Origin: Octopus vulgaris
Taxonomy: Eukaryota
Assembly (NCBI GenBank): GCA_951406725.2
Contig: OX597827.1
Coordinates: forward strand, 22,754,001-22,818,000
DNA: 64,000 bases
Direction: 5' to 3'
Both the position numbers and the translations under genes were made by a program. Shown here one piece after another: positions 11,116 to 27,019 of this stretch. The notes below the pieces were generated by a model. That model saw only the letters and a program-made list of their open reading frames with translations. It did not search any database and had not been told where the DNA came from. Within the stretch, counting starts at the first letter, position 1. The number at the start of each line of letters is the position of its first letter.

Positions 11116-11852
11116 CTTGTTCAAGTCCATCCATATTTTGGGGTGTCCCAAAATATGCAAGTCCGTCCATTTTTAGGGATGTCCCAAGATATGGACGGAC
11201 AAGGACAAATGCAACTTCACTAGAATAGAGACATGTCCATTTCCGAATTGCCGATCAATTTCCCGACGGTATGTCTATCACGGTCTCTCTTGACACGAAG
11301 GCTCGACCTCCTTTCCGGTCGTCCATGGAGTAAAATAAGGCTGTGAAATCGCTTTAACGCTATTTGAATTATCTCTGGGCGCTGTGCTTTAAAACACGTC
11401 ACTTGAGATCGCAGATGGTGTGTATAACCACACAAGAGAATATAGTTAATTGCTGAACTTCTCTAGTTTAAGACCCACCAGGAAGTGCTGAGATACGTGT
11501 GTTCGCGAACACCTTTCGGCTGATGACTCAGCAGCTCGTTTAACTGAAAATATCCTGAAAAGTAACGAGTAATTTGATATGGTGGTAGCATTAAATTTAC
11601 AAAAATGCAATTATAAATAATATTGGTTTCAAATTCTTAGCACAAGACCAGCAATTTCGAGGGAGGGGTAAGTCGGTTACATCGACCCTAGTATATCACT
11701 GGTATTTAATTTATCGACTCAGAAATTATGAAAGGCAAAGTTGACCTTCGGCAGAATTTGAACTCAGAATGTGAAGACGGATGATATGCTGCTAAGCATT
11801 TTACCCGGCGTGCTAACGATTCTACCAGCTAGCCGCCTGTAATTATAAATAA

Positions 11853-13092
11853 TCTAGTATATATAAATCATAATATGTGTGTGTATATTGACTAATGCAT
11901 ACATTTCCACAATTCTCAACCGATTTTCACCAAACTTTACACACACATTACTTATGTCCCAAGGATGGTCATGCACTATAACATTTTGTCCAAAGCTCCC
12001 GCATAAATGGACAAACCGGGAAATACGGTGGTTTACACGGGATTTTCTCTAATTTGTTGTATGTACATAGTTTTTTGTATGTAGGGTCTTCCATACTTTT
12101 TAATCTATACGGTCGTATATTGGGCATTAGAGAATATTTTCGGGTGGGTTTCACATTTTTGGATTTATTATTTATTTATATGTCGTAATTGTGTATTATT
12201 TCTTGGTTAGAGACTATCATAAAAGTGGAAGGATTTTGTCTATTTATTTCGACTGTCCACCTGTGGCGGTGATTAAATTGACTAGGAACACTGTACACGA
12301 TGAATATCCAATACCAAACAATCTTAATCTTCATATTTAAACTAGTTTAAACTTTGGCAAGTATACCTTTACCTGTTCTGAGTTACTTGAGAGGTGACGT
12401 TCCCTTCTCTCTCTTCTATTTGTTGATACTTACCAACGCATTGCTACACTTTAAGGATGCTTATTTACCCATCAATTATATTTCGAACGCGACATCTTTT
12501 CACTGTGAACTACTAATGATTCAAAGCAGTATTCCTGAACTAAAGTCAAACTCTTCATGTCTTCATTTTTCGTTATCTGAAGTCAATTTCAGTGGTCATG
12601 AACTGTGAGCATGTAGTAAATACATTCCTTTAACTCTACTTTTTCAAGTAGGTGTTATATTGCCATTTTTGAACGTACCAATCATACTACTCTCCGAAAA
12701 AATAACTCCCTTTACTGTTCAATAAACATAAACTTGCAGAGGGGAAGTTTCAATGTCTTCCTTCAATTTTCTTACACCATTTATGTGGCTGTTTCTGACA
12801 AGAAATTTCGCTTTCATGTAAAACTTTTATATTTTGTAGTCATTATCCGTAATCTACTCCCAAAACACTTCAATAGCTCTACTTTGCATCGCTTGCAAAC
12901 TTATATGTTCTATGATCATTAAAGTGCAACGACCTCCACAAAAACCAGCCTTCAATTTAATTTATCGTTCTTATGTTAATCAGAAACATAGATTGCCGTG
13001 CTACTCATAAACCTTCTAGGTAGTTCAATTATTGGTGAAAAAAATACCGCCAAAGCAACTTAAACCGTCCAAAGGACGGGTACGTTTGCTAG
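11853..13092 (+). mobile_element. Non-autonomous Helitron
   Basis: A|TCTAGTATATAT 5' end; 3' hairpin CCGTCC-AAA-GGACGG followed by GTACGTTTGCTAG|T; no TSD. Confidence 0.8.
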
Positions 13093-16000
13093 TATTAAAA
13101 TAAAAAAAATAAGAATATGGATTTATATTCTAATGAGTTACTTATATGCTTATATATAATTAAAGAAATATAATACTATAGAGTCAACCAAAATGGTTGT
13201 AGGAGGATTTAATGTAAAATTCAGACTCTTCCTAGAAATCCGCATGCAAGGGTTCTTAAAAGCCGAAAGCGATCTTAAAGCTGCACCTCATTCCACACAT
13301 ATTGCAGATCGTTCAGCAATTGTCGTTAGTTGTTAAAGGACTAAAAGCCACACATGCACTTCACAAGGTCACCAGTAAAGAAATTAGATTTTTTAGCAAC
13401 ATTTGAAAGCAGACAATCAATTGGTAACATAAAAAAATACATCGCATGCTTCAATACAAGTTTTGTTTTGTAATGAGCCGCAGTTCGACTATTATTTAAA
13501 AGTTACGTAACAAGATTTCAACGAGACATGACAGAAACACTAACCTAAGACTAATAATATTGTTTTTCTGTCAGAATGTGAAAGGTGTTGTTTTAACATT
13601 TAAATATATTTTAGTATAACAAAGAGTTGGGGTTCGGGGTTTCAAGGTGGAAGGGTTATGAATTAATACATTAGTAATTTAATTACAGCTTTCAAACTAA
13701 CACTAATTTGGAAGTTATTTGCTCCTGTATGGCTTAAGAAGTAATTTTTAGATGGCTATATAATCTGTTTTCGGTGTCACGGCGGCCAGATTAGTCCGCT
13801 CTGGTAAGAAACTTAAAATTTGAAATTGCACTCTAAGCTGATTATTATAATGTTTCGGACGGTGACCTCTTACCTTCAGAGATAAAGGGGTTTTTTTTCA
13901 GTAAAAAGTACCCGTTTAGTACTGGGGGGGTCGATACAATTGATTACATCTTCCCTCTACTGTAGCTTTGTGTCCTTGTTGGAAATTAATATTTACTACA
14001 TTTTAACTGGTTTGATCTCAGTGAGACACTGTTTTCGTGGATGTCTAGATCTGTAGGTCGGTGACTGGGCGGGAAGAAATCCTAGGTTACAGTTCTAAGA
14101 GTTAAATGATTGAACAAAGTGTGTGTGTGGGTGGGGGGTGATTAGACACAATAACGGTAACGAGTAGGCGTTAGTGGGAAAGATATACAAATAACTAGTT
14201 CAGTTAGAGAAAAAGGCCATTGTAGTAAAACGGTAGAAAGGATAGAGACATCATTACCGAAGGAATCAATGTGTAGCGGATTCGAAACCGAATCACTTGG
14301 TAGCCGAATAAACATCACAACCAAGGTACATCAGTTTCACGCGATCGGCCAATTAAGCGACCAATTAGCGCCTAGCGATCCTGTGATTCAACTGTTTAGA
14401 ATCTTGTCACTGAACCCAATGTAAAGATGATTTTTAGCGATAACCCCAGCCGCTCGACTTCTCCATTCTCTTCACTACCATTCGATGGCAGATAGAAGGC
14501 AAAGACTTTGTCGCCATGAATATAGTGCGATCGATTTCCTGTTGAGATAAGCCAGCCACACATTGCTATATCAGTGAATTGTCATTGATCCCAGTAGTAT
14601 GTCTCTCCCGGTGTGTAATTGTCGCTGTTAGTTTTTGTCAAAAAGACCAACACAGAAAACCCTATGTGCTGTAAGTAAGTCTTCTGTTAAATGTTCACGA
14701 GTGTTGTTAATTATTTATACACGAAGCTCTAGAAATACATTTTCACTCACCAACAGCAAGCCATACCCATGACAAATGGAAATTTTAAAAGAAATATTAT
14801 TCTAGCAACTTATACAGCTTTTATATATCCTTGGGAAATTCGTGGCTTACGTACCATTTGCCAACTCTATTTAATAATGTCAAAATTCGCATGGTTAAAA
14901 CCCTCATATCTTTTCTATTTATGGGGAGCAGTATCTTACATTGCAATGAAGAAGTTAATTTAAAATTTGGAGGGAGTTTCTTGCCTTTATTAGAAAGTGT
15001 TTTTGTGAAATTAAAAGGTAGCCTTGTAGCTTTCTCATTATGTCTCATTATGAATGCAGAAAAGTCATGGAAAAATTGCTGCCTGCAGGACTTTCTGAAT
15101 GCCATACTAACGAAAAATTACCATGAAATTTTTCTTTGTACTTGTGCGACCGGCTGATGATGAGTCATGTCTCATGCGGCCCACTTCTCAAAAAGGTTGT
15201 TGTGCCTGATGTAAAAGCTGTGCTCTTAATCTTAGATTAAACCTGTAGCACGCAAACCACACAAACTTAACAAACAAGAAATTTATCGAGAAATAGATAA
15301 ATGAATAAACTTCTTGGCAAAAGAATTATTGAAGAGAGCAGAAGCCATGGCGCAATCAATGTTTTGTTGCTAACGAAAAATCAAACCCACGGTTAGTTAT
15401 CGATTATTCAAAAACAATTAATAATACACTGAGGAGATCAATGTATTTTCTATGCTACCGATTGATAATCTTCTTTCAGATGTTGTTCAGAAACCTAATT
15501 TCTTTATTGATGACCTTGTGAATCGTCAGATTCATTATACTCTTTTCGGCCTCGGAATACCAGCTAAAACCGTTTGAGATCCAAGCCTAACTTTATGATC
15601 TCACCAGATTTCTCTTTGAGTAAATCACCACCATTCCTATGTTCAAACGAATGAAGAGAAGACTTACGCCTGCATCGATGATGATATCATTTGCGACAAG
15701 ACACAAAGCAAATAAGGGTGATGAGAATTTGTTCAATTTCATAAAACCAGCAAAAAAAAAAAAAAAAGAAAAAAACGCTTGGTTTGCAGTTTCATAACAT
15801 AGCATTTAAACCGGCTATATCCAGCCCAAACCTACTTTATGTTCTGACTAGCCAAATCTAACCTCTTTACTCCTGTGCAATATTGTTATTCTAAAAGTAA
15901 GCAACTACATCATCGAAATCTCGAAACTACGAGATAATCCATGATTAATTCAAAAGAATGTGAATAAAAAATCATGTCATTTCACAAAGTAATCTGAATG

Positions 16001-16329
16001 CTAAAAGAGTGAAGAAGTGTTTGCTTGGTTTCATTAGGGACCAGATTCCCCCACTCACCAAAATACGAGACCCTAATAATGCATTCCAACACGTCAGATT
16101 TTACTTCTCTTAATCGTCACATTAGTTTATTTCCATGTAAGGCAAAATCTTGTGTCTTATTCCCAAAATTCTTATAGATACTCGTTCATATTTTCCAGAG
16201 TTCACTGAATGTCAGAAACACTTCTTCAGACATATCACAAACTATTGAGAGATAAATGCATCAGAATTGATGTTTCCACCAGCTTTTCGTTTCTGATATC
16301 TATCTGAAAGAAAAATCATTATGTTCTGA

Positions 16330-16929
16330 AGACGGCAAACTGGCAGAAACGTTAGCACGCCGGGCGAGATGTTTAGTGGTATTTCGTCTGCCGCAACGTT
16401 CTGAGTTCAAATTACGCCGAGGTCGATTTTGCCTTTCATCCTTTCGGGGTCGATTAAATAAGTACCAGTTACGCACTGGGGTCGATATAATAGACTTAAT
16501 CCGTTTGTCTGTCCTTGTTTGTCCCTCTATGTTTAGCCCCTTGTGGGTAATAAAGAAATAGGTATTTCGTCTGCCGTTACGTTCTGAGTTCAAATTCCGC
16601 CGAGGTCGACTTTGCCTTTCGTCCTTTCGGGGTCGATTAAATAAGTACCAGTTACGCACTGGGGTCTATATAATCGACTTAATCCCGTGGTCTCTCCTTG
16701 TTTGTCCCCTCTGTGTGGAGCCCCTTGTGGGTAGTAAAGAAATAGGTATTTCGTCTGCCGCTACATTCTGAGTTCAAATTCCGCCGAGGTCGACTTTGCC
16801 TTTCACCCTTTCGGGGTCGATTAAACAAGTACCAGTTACGCACTGGGATCGATATAATCGACTTAATCCGTTTTTCTGTCCTTGTTTGTCCCCTCTGTGT
16901 GTAGCCCTTTGTGGGCAATAAAGAAATAA
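16330..16929 (+). mobile_element. SINE family 1, tandem trimer
   Basis: One head followed by three ~185-bp bodies joined at AAAGAAATAG|GTATTTCGTC; single TSD AAATCATTATGTT. Confidence 0.85.
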
Positions 16930-17403
16930 GAAATCATTATGTTTCATCCTGTCTTGTGTCCTTCCTATCACAGAATTTATTCGAAGACTGTCTCATGACA
17001 TCCCGTGGTCTTTCACGATTATCACTAGGCTGTATTCAGTTGAATTCATATTACTTAACATCAAGTAAACTTAAAATAACAAATGATAAATCCACACAGT
17101 AGGGTTAAGAATTAGCTGACGACGATAATCTCTCATAGACTGGGAAGAACAGCCAGCTGATGCTTCATCTCATTGGAGCAGATTAGGAATTATCTACACT
17201 AGCGATGTGGTCAATTATGCCAACTCAAAGCAACAAAAATTATCTCTCCTCCTGTCACTTATCCATATTGTGTTTATCCATTCACAGGCTGCAGACTAAG
17301 CACTATATCCAATCCTTCCTCCTTAGGATGTCATCCCTCTGGAATCCTCTCCGTGTCTATGTGTTCAATACCATCCAATATGAAAAAAAAATTTGAAAAA
17401 CTT

Positions 17404-17584
17404 AGAAAATACCTTATGAACAGATACAAATAGATAAAATGGCTCAACCGGGAATCGAACACGCACTGCAGACTAGTCTCTTTGGAGAGGATCACCACTT
17501 GGTATACAGAAGTTATGACCCTGTGACACAAAAAACAAGAAGCCTTAACGAACGGACAATTTTAGCGGTCATTGCTTAGCTAAA
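17404..17584 (-). repeat. Left arm of a 181-bp inverted repeat pair (partner 21047-21227)
   Basis: Near-identical reverse complement; contains B-box-like GTGTTCGATTCCC. Confidence 0.85.
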
Positions 17585-18800
17585 ACTATTGCAAAAGTCG
17601 GAGATGGTTGCGAGCAGTACCCGTTCCTCTTGACCACTTCATAAAAACAAAACAAAATTCACATAATATACCATTTCCTGTAACAGAGATATTCAATATT
17701 ATCACCAATTTATAAGGCGGCCAGTTAGCAGAATGGTTATCGCGCCGGACAAAATTCTCAACGACATTTCGACGTCTTTCAAATTACGCCACGGTCGATA
17801 AAATAAGTACCAGTTGAGTACTGGGGTCGATGGAATCGACTTAGCCATTTCTCCGAAATTGCCGGCTTTGTGCCAAAATATGAAATCAATATTATTATCA
17901 ATTTCTATATTTGTAAAGAATAAAGCTACATTTTATAAACTTTTGCCCGGTCAACTAACACAAGCCGTGAGATCATACGAAAAACTCTCTCTGGACCTTT
18001 TGGTCATCCAATAAAACAAAATATTAGTGTTGTTCGATGAATTCTCAGGATTCCCTTTTGCATCGATTGATACTACAATCTGTATTTGCCATTTTCTGAT
18101 CTCCAAGGAAACGTGATTCGACAGTGTCTCCCTGGAACATTTTCTCTTTGTAAACCGGTTTGTGAATACAGAAACTTGACCTCATTCGTCACACGCCAAT
18201 GATTTGCTTGAAAGAACTAATGGAATGGAACAATCTTAAATATAATCACACTTGTAACCAAAAACAGCATGTTTAATTAAAGAATATTAATTACACGTAC
18301 TACGTTGACCCTTGTCTCGTACCCAATGCCATCTTAAGGCATGGGTACAAGAGACAGTTGCCCGAGGGCCACATGGGCTTAGGGATCTAATGCTAATTGA
18401 TATATGCTGTGTTTGTAGGGGTGCAAATGCATTGCTTTGCCCGTGTGTCTCTAATGCTAAGGTAGCTTTGTATGAACTCAATAAATACCATAGTACACGA
18501 AAGACTCTTTTACTCACTCTTCCAATTTAGGACATAGCATCCTCGACTTTGCCGTTTTCTAGCTCAATTATATTCTAGAAACTATTTAACATTGAAATTC
18601 CAGGAGAGAGTTGTAAAACTAACGTAACGGGGAATATATCACCATAGAATTCAAAAGTTCACTTTGAAAATGGCACTATTAACAGTTTCCGCTAAGTAGA
18701 CATTTCGCAAACTGTAAATATAACGATTGTAATGTGAGAATTATCTAAACCATTCCATACGGCTAAATGACACGCCTAATATTATAACACCTAATATATC

Positions 18801-20240
<1,440 letters not shown>

Positions 20241-21046
20241 ATAATGATGATGATGATGATGATGATGAAATTTTGGCCTGAAATTTTGGCGGAGAGGACT
20301 AGTCGATAACATCGACCCCAGTGTTTCACTTAATTTATCGAGCCCAAAAGGATGAAAGGCAAAATTGACCTCGGCAGAATTTGAACTCAGAACATAGCGA
20401 CAGACGAAATACCGTTAAGCATTTCAAGAAGAAAAAGAACAACAACAACAACAATGGTTTCTAAAGGGGTTGCGGGGAACTAGTGGTTAGGGTGTTGCAC
20501 TCAAAATTGTGGGATGGCGATTTCGATTCCTGAACCGAGCGTTGCGTTGTGTCCTTGGGCAAAGCACTTCATTTCACGTCTCTCTGCGATCACTTGGACA
20601 TCTGATGTGTGGTACACTGTGCTCCTATGCAGACAATGATGATTTGATAAAGGAACTGAGCTAATGTGTAGCAAGACCATTCAATCACCATAATAACGAA
20701 CATATCATCTGTGCAGGTCGTTCGGCAATAAATTGCAGAACCGCCCTTCTCGGTCTCGGCAAAAAGGTCTGGAATTTGTGGGGACAGCTTGCTCGCTTGC
20801 ATCGCTCCCAGCGTGCAACAAGCACTTATTTTATCGATCTCAAAAGGTTGAAAAGGAGAATCGAACTCGGCAGAATTTGAATTCGGGACGCAATGAGTTG
20901 GAAAAAATATTGCTGCGCATTTTGTTCGACGCGTTTAACATTCTGCCATTCTGTGTACGCGCATTCATACAAGATAAACAGTTTTGTCAGATAATCCTAA
21001 TACGATTAGATATTTATAAATATTTGCAATAAAAGATAAACAAAGA

Positions 21047-21227
21047 TTTAGATAAGCAATGACCGCTAAAATTGTCCGTTCGTTAAGGCTTCTTGTTTTT
21101 TGTGTCACAGGGTCATAACTTCTGTATACCAAGTGGTGATCCTCTCCAAGGAGACTAGTCTGTAGTGCGTGTTCGATTCCCGGTTGAACCATTTTATCTA
21201 TTTGTATCTGTTCATAAGGTATTTTCT
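21047..21227 (+). repeat. Right arm of the 181-bp inverted repeat pair
   Basis: See 17404-17584. Confidence 0.85.
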
Positions 21228-21298
21228 TTTATAACAAATATTGTTCTTAATGAAATATGTACAAGATGCATTGAATAAACCTCCATATTTTGTTTTAA

Positions 21299-21732
21299 AC
21301 ACACACATACACACGCACACACGCACACTCGCACACACAGACGCACATAGACACATACGCAAATATACGCGCGCACACACACGCGCGCACATACACGCAC
21401 ACACACACGCACGCGTACACGCACGCTCACACACGCACGCTCACACACACACATGTGCGCACACACGCACGCTCACACACACACATGTGCGCACACACGC
21501 ACGCTCACACACACACATGTGCGCACACACGCACGCTCACACACACACATGTGCGCACACACGCAACACACGCACGCACACACACACTAGCACGCGCACA
21601 CACACGCACGCTCACACGCACCACACACGCACCCACACACACATGCACACACACACGCACGCACACACGCACGCGCGCACACACGAACCCAACCACCCAT
21701 ACACACACGCACGCACGCACACACTCACACAA
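21299..21732. repeat. (CA)/(CGCA) microsatellite with an internal ~30-bp higher-order unit
   Basis: CACACATGTGCGCACACACGCACGCTCACA is repeated about 4 times. Confidence 0.9.
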
Positions 21733-22231
21733 ACGTACATAAAAGCATACACACTTGCGCATGTGCTATAATAATGCAATTGTTTACATTTAGTGTGTAA
21801 AAGTTAAGAATTGCTACTGTTTAGAAACTGAACGAAAAACAGGACAAGCCTTTTATATTAACCGACATTATTACCATGTCGCCTCTTCCTGCACCAAACC
21901 CAAATCGTTTCACCATTTCTGTAGTAAACAACATAAGAAATAGCTTTCACACCACACCCATCTCTTGCATCCCTGGCACCCGACATCTAATATACATACA
22001 CCCGACACGCGTACAGTTGCTGCCGTTGCCTGTCGTATTTCATCATATAGAAAGAAAGAAGACAGCGTGGCTTTTATATTACAGAGGTAGAAGAGCAGGG
22101 ACAAGCCCTTTACACTGTCTGTTTTTACCATTGTGCTCTGTAATCGAAGCCATTGCCTGCCATCCCACATCAAACAGGGGGACATTCTCGACAAGTGGAC
22201 TGAAAAAACGACATCTAATATTGTTATTTTT

Positions 22232-22264
<33 letters not shown>

Positions 22265-22266
<2 letters not shown>

Positions 22267-24095
22267 TCTGTAGTCTCATCTTTATCACGTGCTTTCACTT
22301 TACTACCGAGCGCATCTCTGCGTGCCTTGGGTATGTGCTGTGGTTTGTTGTGATGCTCTGATGATTACTGTATTGAAAGTGTTTTGCGTAGGATGTGTGC
22401 TGTGCCAAGTAGTGCTATTTTCTATATGTTATATATATTTGTAAGTCCTGGTGATTTTGCTATGTATTTGATAGGAATTGTGTCTGCTTTTAGACTCCAG
22501 ATTTGAGTTACCTCTATTTCTAGGTCTTTGTATTTTGAAAGTGTCTCCATTTCTTTTAGAGAAACGTTGTCATCTATTGGTATTGATGCATCGATTAAAA
22601 AGCATTTGTTTTAATGATCTCTGACAACTATATCTAGACTATTGGCCTTAATTTCTCTATGTGTATTGGCATATCCCATAGTATGGTTGCTTTCTCGTTT
22701 TCTGTGACCTTTTCTGGCGTGTGCTTATACCAGCTTTTTTTCTGTTGTTATTTTAGTGTTAGCATAGCTTTCAGTGTATATAGGCCGCAACTCTGTTGTG
22801 TCTACGAATATATTCCTTCTAAGCCAGGACTGGGCAGCCAGAGACAATATGTTTATTGTTTCTTGTCCATCTCCACATATTCTGCAATTATTTGTTATGT
22901 TTCTTTTCATTATATATTTTTGGTAATTCCTGGTGGAGAGGCTTTGGTCTTGTGCTGCAACTTAAAATTCTTCAGTCTCTGCTTTGAGTCCTGAGCTTCT
23001 CAACCATTGCTGGGATTTTTCTCTGTCTATTTCTTTTGCATTTAGTTTTTAGCCCAGTATTTGCCACGAAGGGGCTTTTCTTGCTGTCGTTTTATCATGG
23101 TCTGTTGCTGTTCTAGTTTTAGTTTGGATTTCATTTGTTTTATAGCTTTTTTTGTTTCTTCTACTTCATATTTGTTAGGTAGTATGACTTCTTGTTTGTA
23201 TTTGTCAGCTTCCTTAAATACTGAAAATAGTTTTTTGTTTTGCACCTGTTTCGTGGCTATTTGTATTAGTTTTCCTTGCTACTGAAGTAGGTATTTTTGC
23301 AGTCCTATGGTGGTTATTTTATAATAGTTTTCCAGCTGTATAAGGCCTTTACCACCTTCTATACGTTGTATATATAACCTTTCTATGTTAAATTAGGGTG
23401 GTGTAACCTAGATCCTGTCATTATTTTTCTTGTTTTCTTGTCTATTTTGGTCAGTTCATTTCGTGTCCAGTTAAGGATATTGTAGCTGTAACTTATAACT
23501 GGAACGGCTAAAGTGTTAATACATATTATCTTGTTTTTAGCATTAAGCTCTGTTTTTAGTATTGATCTAACTCGTCTATATATTTTTTTTTCTCTTTCCT
23601 TTGTGTGTGTTGTGTCTTATCTAGTTCATGGATTCCTAAGTATTTGTAAGTTTGGCTTTGGTCTAATTCTCTTATTTCATTGGTTTTATCTAGTGTGATG
23701 TTGCTACTCTTCACTAGTTTTCCTCTTTTTTTTTTCCAAGGTTACTTTGGCACATTTTTCTAGTCCAAATTTCATATCTATTTCTTTGGTAAATCCATGT
23801 ACTCTCTGTAGTAGTATTTCCAGCTGTTTATTATTTGTAGCGTATAGTTTTAGGTCATCCATATATAAGAAGTGGTTGATTGTTTTGCCGTAACATTTGT
23901 ATCCGCATCCAGTTCTATTTAGAATGTCAGATAAAGGTGTCAGTGCCAAGCAGAAAAGGAGTGGAGAGAGCGTGTCTCTCTGGAATATTCCTCTTCTAAT
24001 GGGGATGGCTTTGGTTTTCACGAGTTCCTCTTTTGTTTGGAGTTGTAGCACTGTCTGCCATTTGTTCATAGAGTGTCTTATGTATTTTATAATTA
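22265..24095 (-). mobile_element. Decayed Dong/R4-like non-LTR retrotransposon (RT, zinc knuckle, RLE)
   Basis: RGIFQRDTLSPLLFCLAL, YMDDLKLY, FGLEKC, CRICGDGQETIN and ALLGTAHILRKTL; frameshifted; 3' end abuts a (GAT)n tract. Confidence 0.85.
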
Positions 24096-24314
24096 TTGGT
24101 GCTAGCGGCGAGCAGGCAGAATCGTTAGTACGCCGGGCGAAATGCTTACGGCATTTCGTCTGCCGCTATGTTCTGAGTTCAAATTCCGCCGAGGTCGACT
24201 TTGCCTTTCATCCTTTCGGGGTCGATAAATTAAGTACTAGTTGCATACTAGGGTCGATGTATTCAACTTAATCCCTTCCCTCATATTTAAGGCCTTGTGC
24301 TTTCACTAGAAAGG

Positions 24315-24401
<87 letters not shown>

Positions 24402-24999
24402 TAAGGCAGCGAGCAGGTAGAATCGTTAGCATGCCGGGTGAAATGCTTAGCGTATTTCGTCTGTCTTTATGTTTTGAGTTCAAATTCCACTGAGGTCGAC
24501 TTTGTCTATCATCCTTTCAGGGTCGATAAATTTAGTATCAGAGAAACATTGGGTTGATGTAATCAACTAGTCCCCAAACCCCCAAATTTCAGGCCTTGTA
24601 CCTACAGTAGAAAGGATTATTATTATTATTATTGTTGTTGTTGCGGTTGTTAAGTTGGCGAGCTAGCAGAAGCTTATAGCATTAAAAGAAAAGCGTTTCC
24701 CACTTTACATGAGAGCTTTTAAAAGTTCTGGCCCCATAGGGTTTGGAACAAGGGTCACGAAAAAGATTGACTGTCAACCATGGTAAGTGGCGCCTCCTTA
24801 TTTGTTTTTGATTTCTTCTCCATCTAGCATGGCCATACTGAGAGTAAACTGTCTAAAATGCAAATGGCCTTGTGTGGGTGCACAATTAGGTGCACTTGCT
24901 GAACAATCTTGAGTCACTACGTCATAATGCGGCAGCCTTAAGTAAGAATTAGGATTTTTCGAAACTTACTTATCTTTCATTCTGGACGACTACGAGGTT

Positions 25000-25835
25000 T
25001 ACACCTTCGAAAAGCCTAGATCGAATTGCCCCAGGTGGGGAGTCGGTGGTTCTTGATGCAAAAAGCAGTGAAGTTTGTGGTATCGTAAGGTAACGAGAAA
25101 CATTTCTAAGAATGTAGAGCTTATTAGTGTTAGCAGGTGATGTTAAATCTCGAATGAGGGAGATTTGTTCAAATGGTGCCAACTGTCTAACATGTATCAC
25201 CAAATGGATTTGTGCAGACTTCGAAATCTCATTTGGTTAATCGATAATTGGTTAATCGATAGAGGTAAGTGTGATTCTCCACAGTTTTAAGTTGTTGGTT
25301 CTATAAATCATAAAATGGTGGTCTGATTAGCAGAAGCTGAACGAGACTTTTTGGGTCTGTGAGGCGTTCAGATACTGCATTAGTGGTATTTGACAGGGGT
25401 TTACTTTCATTAACAGATGGAGGGACTCGCGAAAGGGAATAATCATAGCAGTACTCAATAGTTTCATCAAAGAAGTAGCAAGGAGAAAGTAGAAAATAGG
25501 AGGAGCGTGTCAGCAGATAAGAGGCACGTAGAAACGGCTTCGGATGTAAAGTGTTAGAGATGAGGAAGTCCAAGGAGGTGCGTGTGTGGTTTTTTTCAGT
25601 AGGATTCTGCAGAACCGTTTCGAAGAAACAAAAGACTAATGATGATGATAGACTTCGAAGCCCACTTCGGCTATCTGGCGTGATTCTTATCCGAAGATGC
25701 AAGGTGCAGAATGCCAATTTCAGCAGACAAAATAGCAAATATACTGAGCAGCTGTTAACGAAAGAGAGCTTTCTTTCTGCTTGTGGTGGACATTTGAATT
25801 CATATCTGGCACAGGAATATGAATCTTTAAGATGA
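25000..25835 (-). mobile_element. Possible highly decayed CR1/L2-group LINE fragment
   Basis: LQNPTEKNHTRTSLDFLISN resembles the V..PT....LDL.L.N motif at the end of APE endonucleases; very degenerate. Confidence 0.35.
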
Positions 25836-25894
25836 AAGACTGAAATTTCTCCACTTCAGGTGCATAGAAGTATTTTCTTTCTTACTCATTGGCT

Positions 25895-26270
25895 GGTGTA
25901 GTTAATAACTTTTCAGATATGCCAAACCAAACAGAGGACACAGCAGCATCTGCTGTTGTTTGCTCTGTTTGGTTTGGTCTTTTCGGTGATACTCCATTTC
26001 ATAGTGACATCATTTATATCTTTTTCTTTTAAGTATTACTACACCATATATGTTGCAGTAGTTATGTAGGTATGACTTGTGATAGTGATATAGAAACATT
26101 ACTACCGCAACACATATGGTAAATAAAAGACAAAAGTATCAGCTGTCACTGTAAAATGAAGGATCGGTGAAAAGTCCAAACCATACATGGAAAGCGGCAG
26201 GCAGCATTTGCTGTCGTTTCCTCAACATATTTTGTAACTGCTGTAAAGTTTAAACTATTAATACCCATGT
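25895..26270. mobile_element. Old degenerate palindromic MITE
   Basis: Patchy inverted symmetry (ACCATATATGTTGCAGTAGT / ACTACCGCAACACATATGGT; TGGTTTGGTCTTTTC / GAAAAGTCCAAACCA). Confidence 0.5.
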
Positions 26271-26456
26271 GTGTCTTTCCGTTTGCGTTAAACTTTCAAA
26301 TCCAACCCATGTTGATTTTGCCTTCCATCTTCCAAGGGTCCGTGAAATAAATAGCAATGAGATACAGTAGAAACTATAAGCTTCATGACAGATGTCTACC
26401 GGGGCCATAGTCCGATGACTGACACCATTTGATTAACCCTTGTGTATATGTTTGTG

Positions 26457-26513
<57 letters not shown>

Positions 26514-26988
26514 GTACAGATAAACAGAGTCACTCGGTATGTGTATAACAAGAGAGAAGAAAATATCTAAAAGCTGACAAATGAACATAATGAGGTCAAC
26601 ATTTTTAAGAAAGAGGTAAAAACAGAAGTGCCTATCTTGTATATTGTTATCGGATATCATGGAAAAAGGGGTGGGTGGGCCAGGTGGGAGAGCTTTGTTA
26701 CTGTTGACTATTTTTAGATTCAATGAAATAATATTTCGCAAACACACGAACATCCTTACTCCACCTCCCCCACATGCATACACAAACCTTCCCTTTCCCT
26801 CTCCCTCCCTCCCTCTCTCTCTCTCTCTCTTTGTCTCCCCCTCCCTTTTATACACACACACGTTCATTCATAAACTAGTGCTCTATAACTATGGTAAAAC
26901 CCAGGGTCACGAAGAGGTCAGGTAAGATGGTGGCGTGACATTGGAACTATTTCCGTAAAAATTGTGTCGTTGGGTCACATAACTAATG

Positions 26989-27019
<31 letters not shown>

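Noticed and set aside
14770-15770. Possible DNA transposase remnant
   Set aside because: Coding-like composition but no motif I can recognise with confidence.
16330-16929. Regularly spaced repeats that might look like a CRISPR array
   Set aside because: Units are ~185-bp SINE bodies with no unique spacers, the context is eukaryotic and there are no cas genes.
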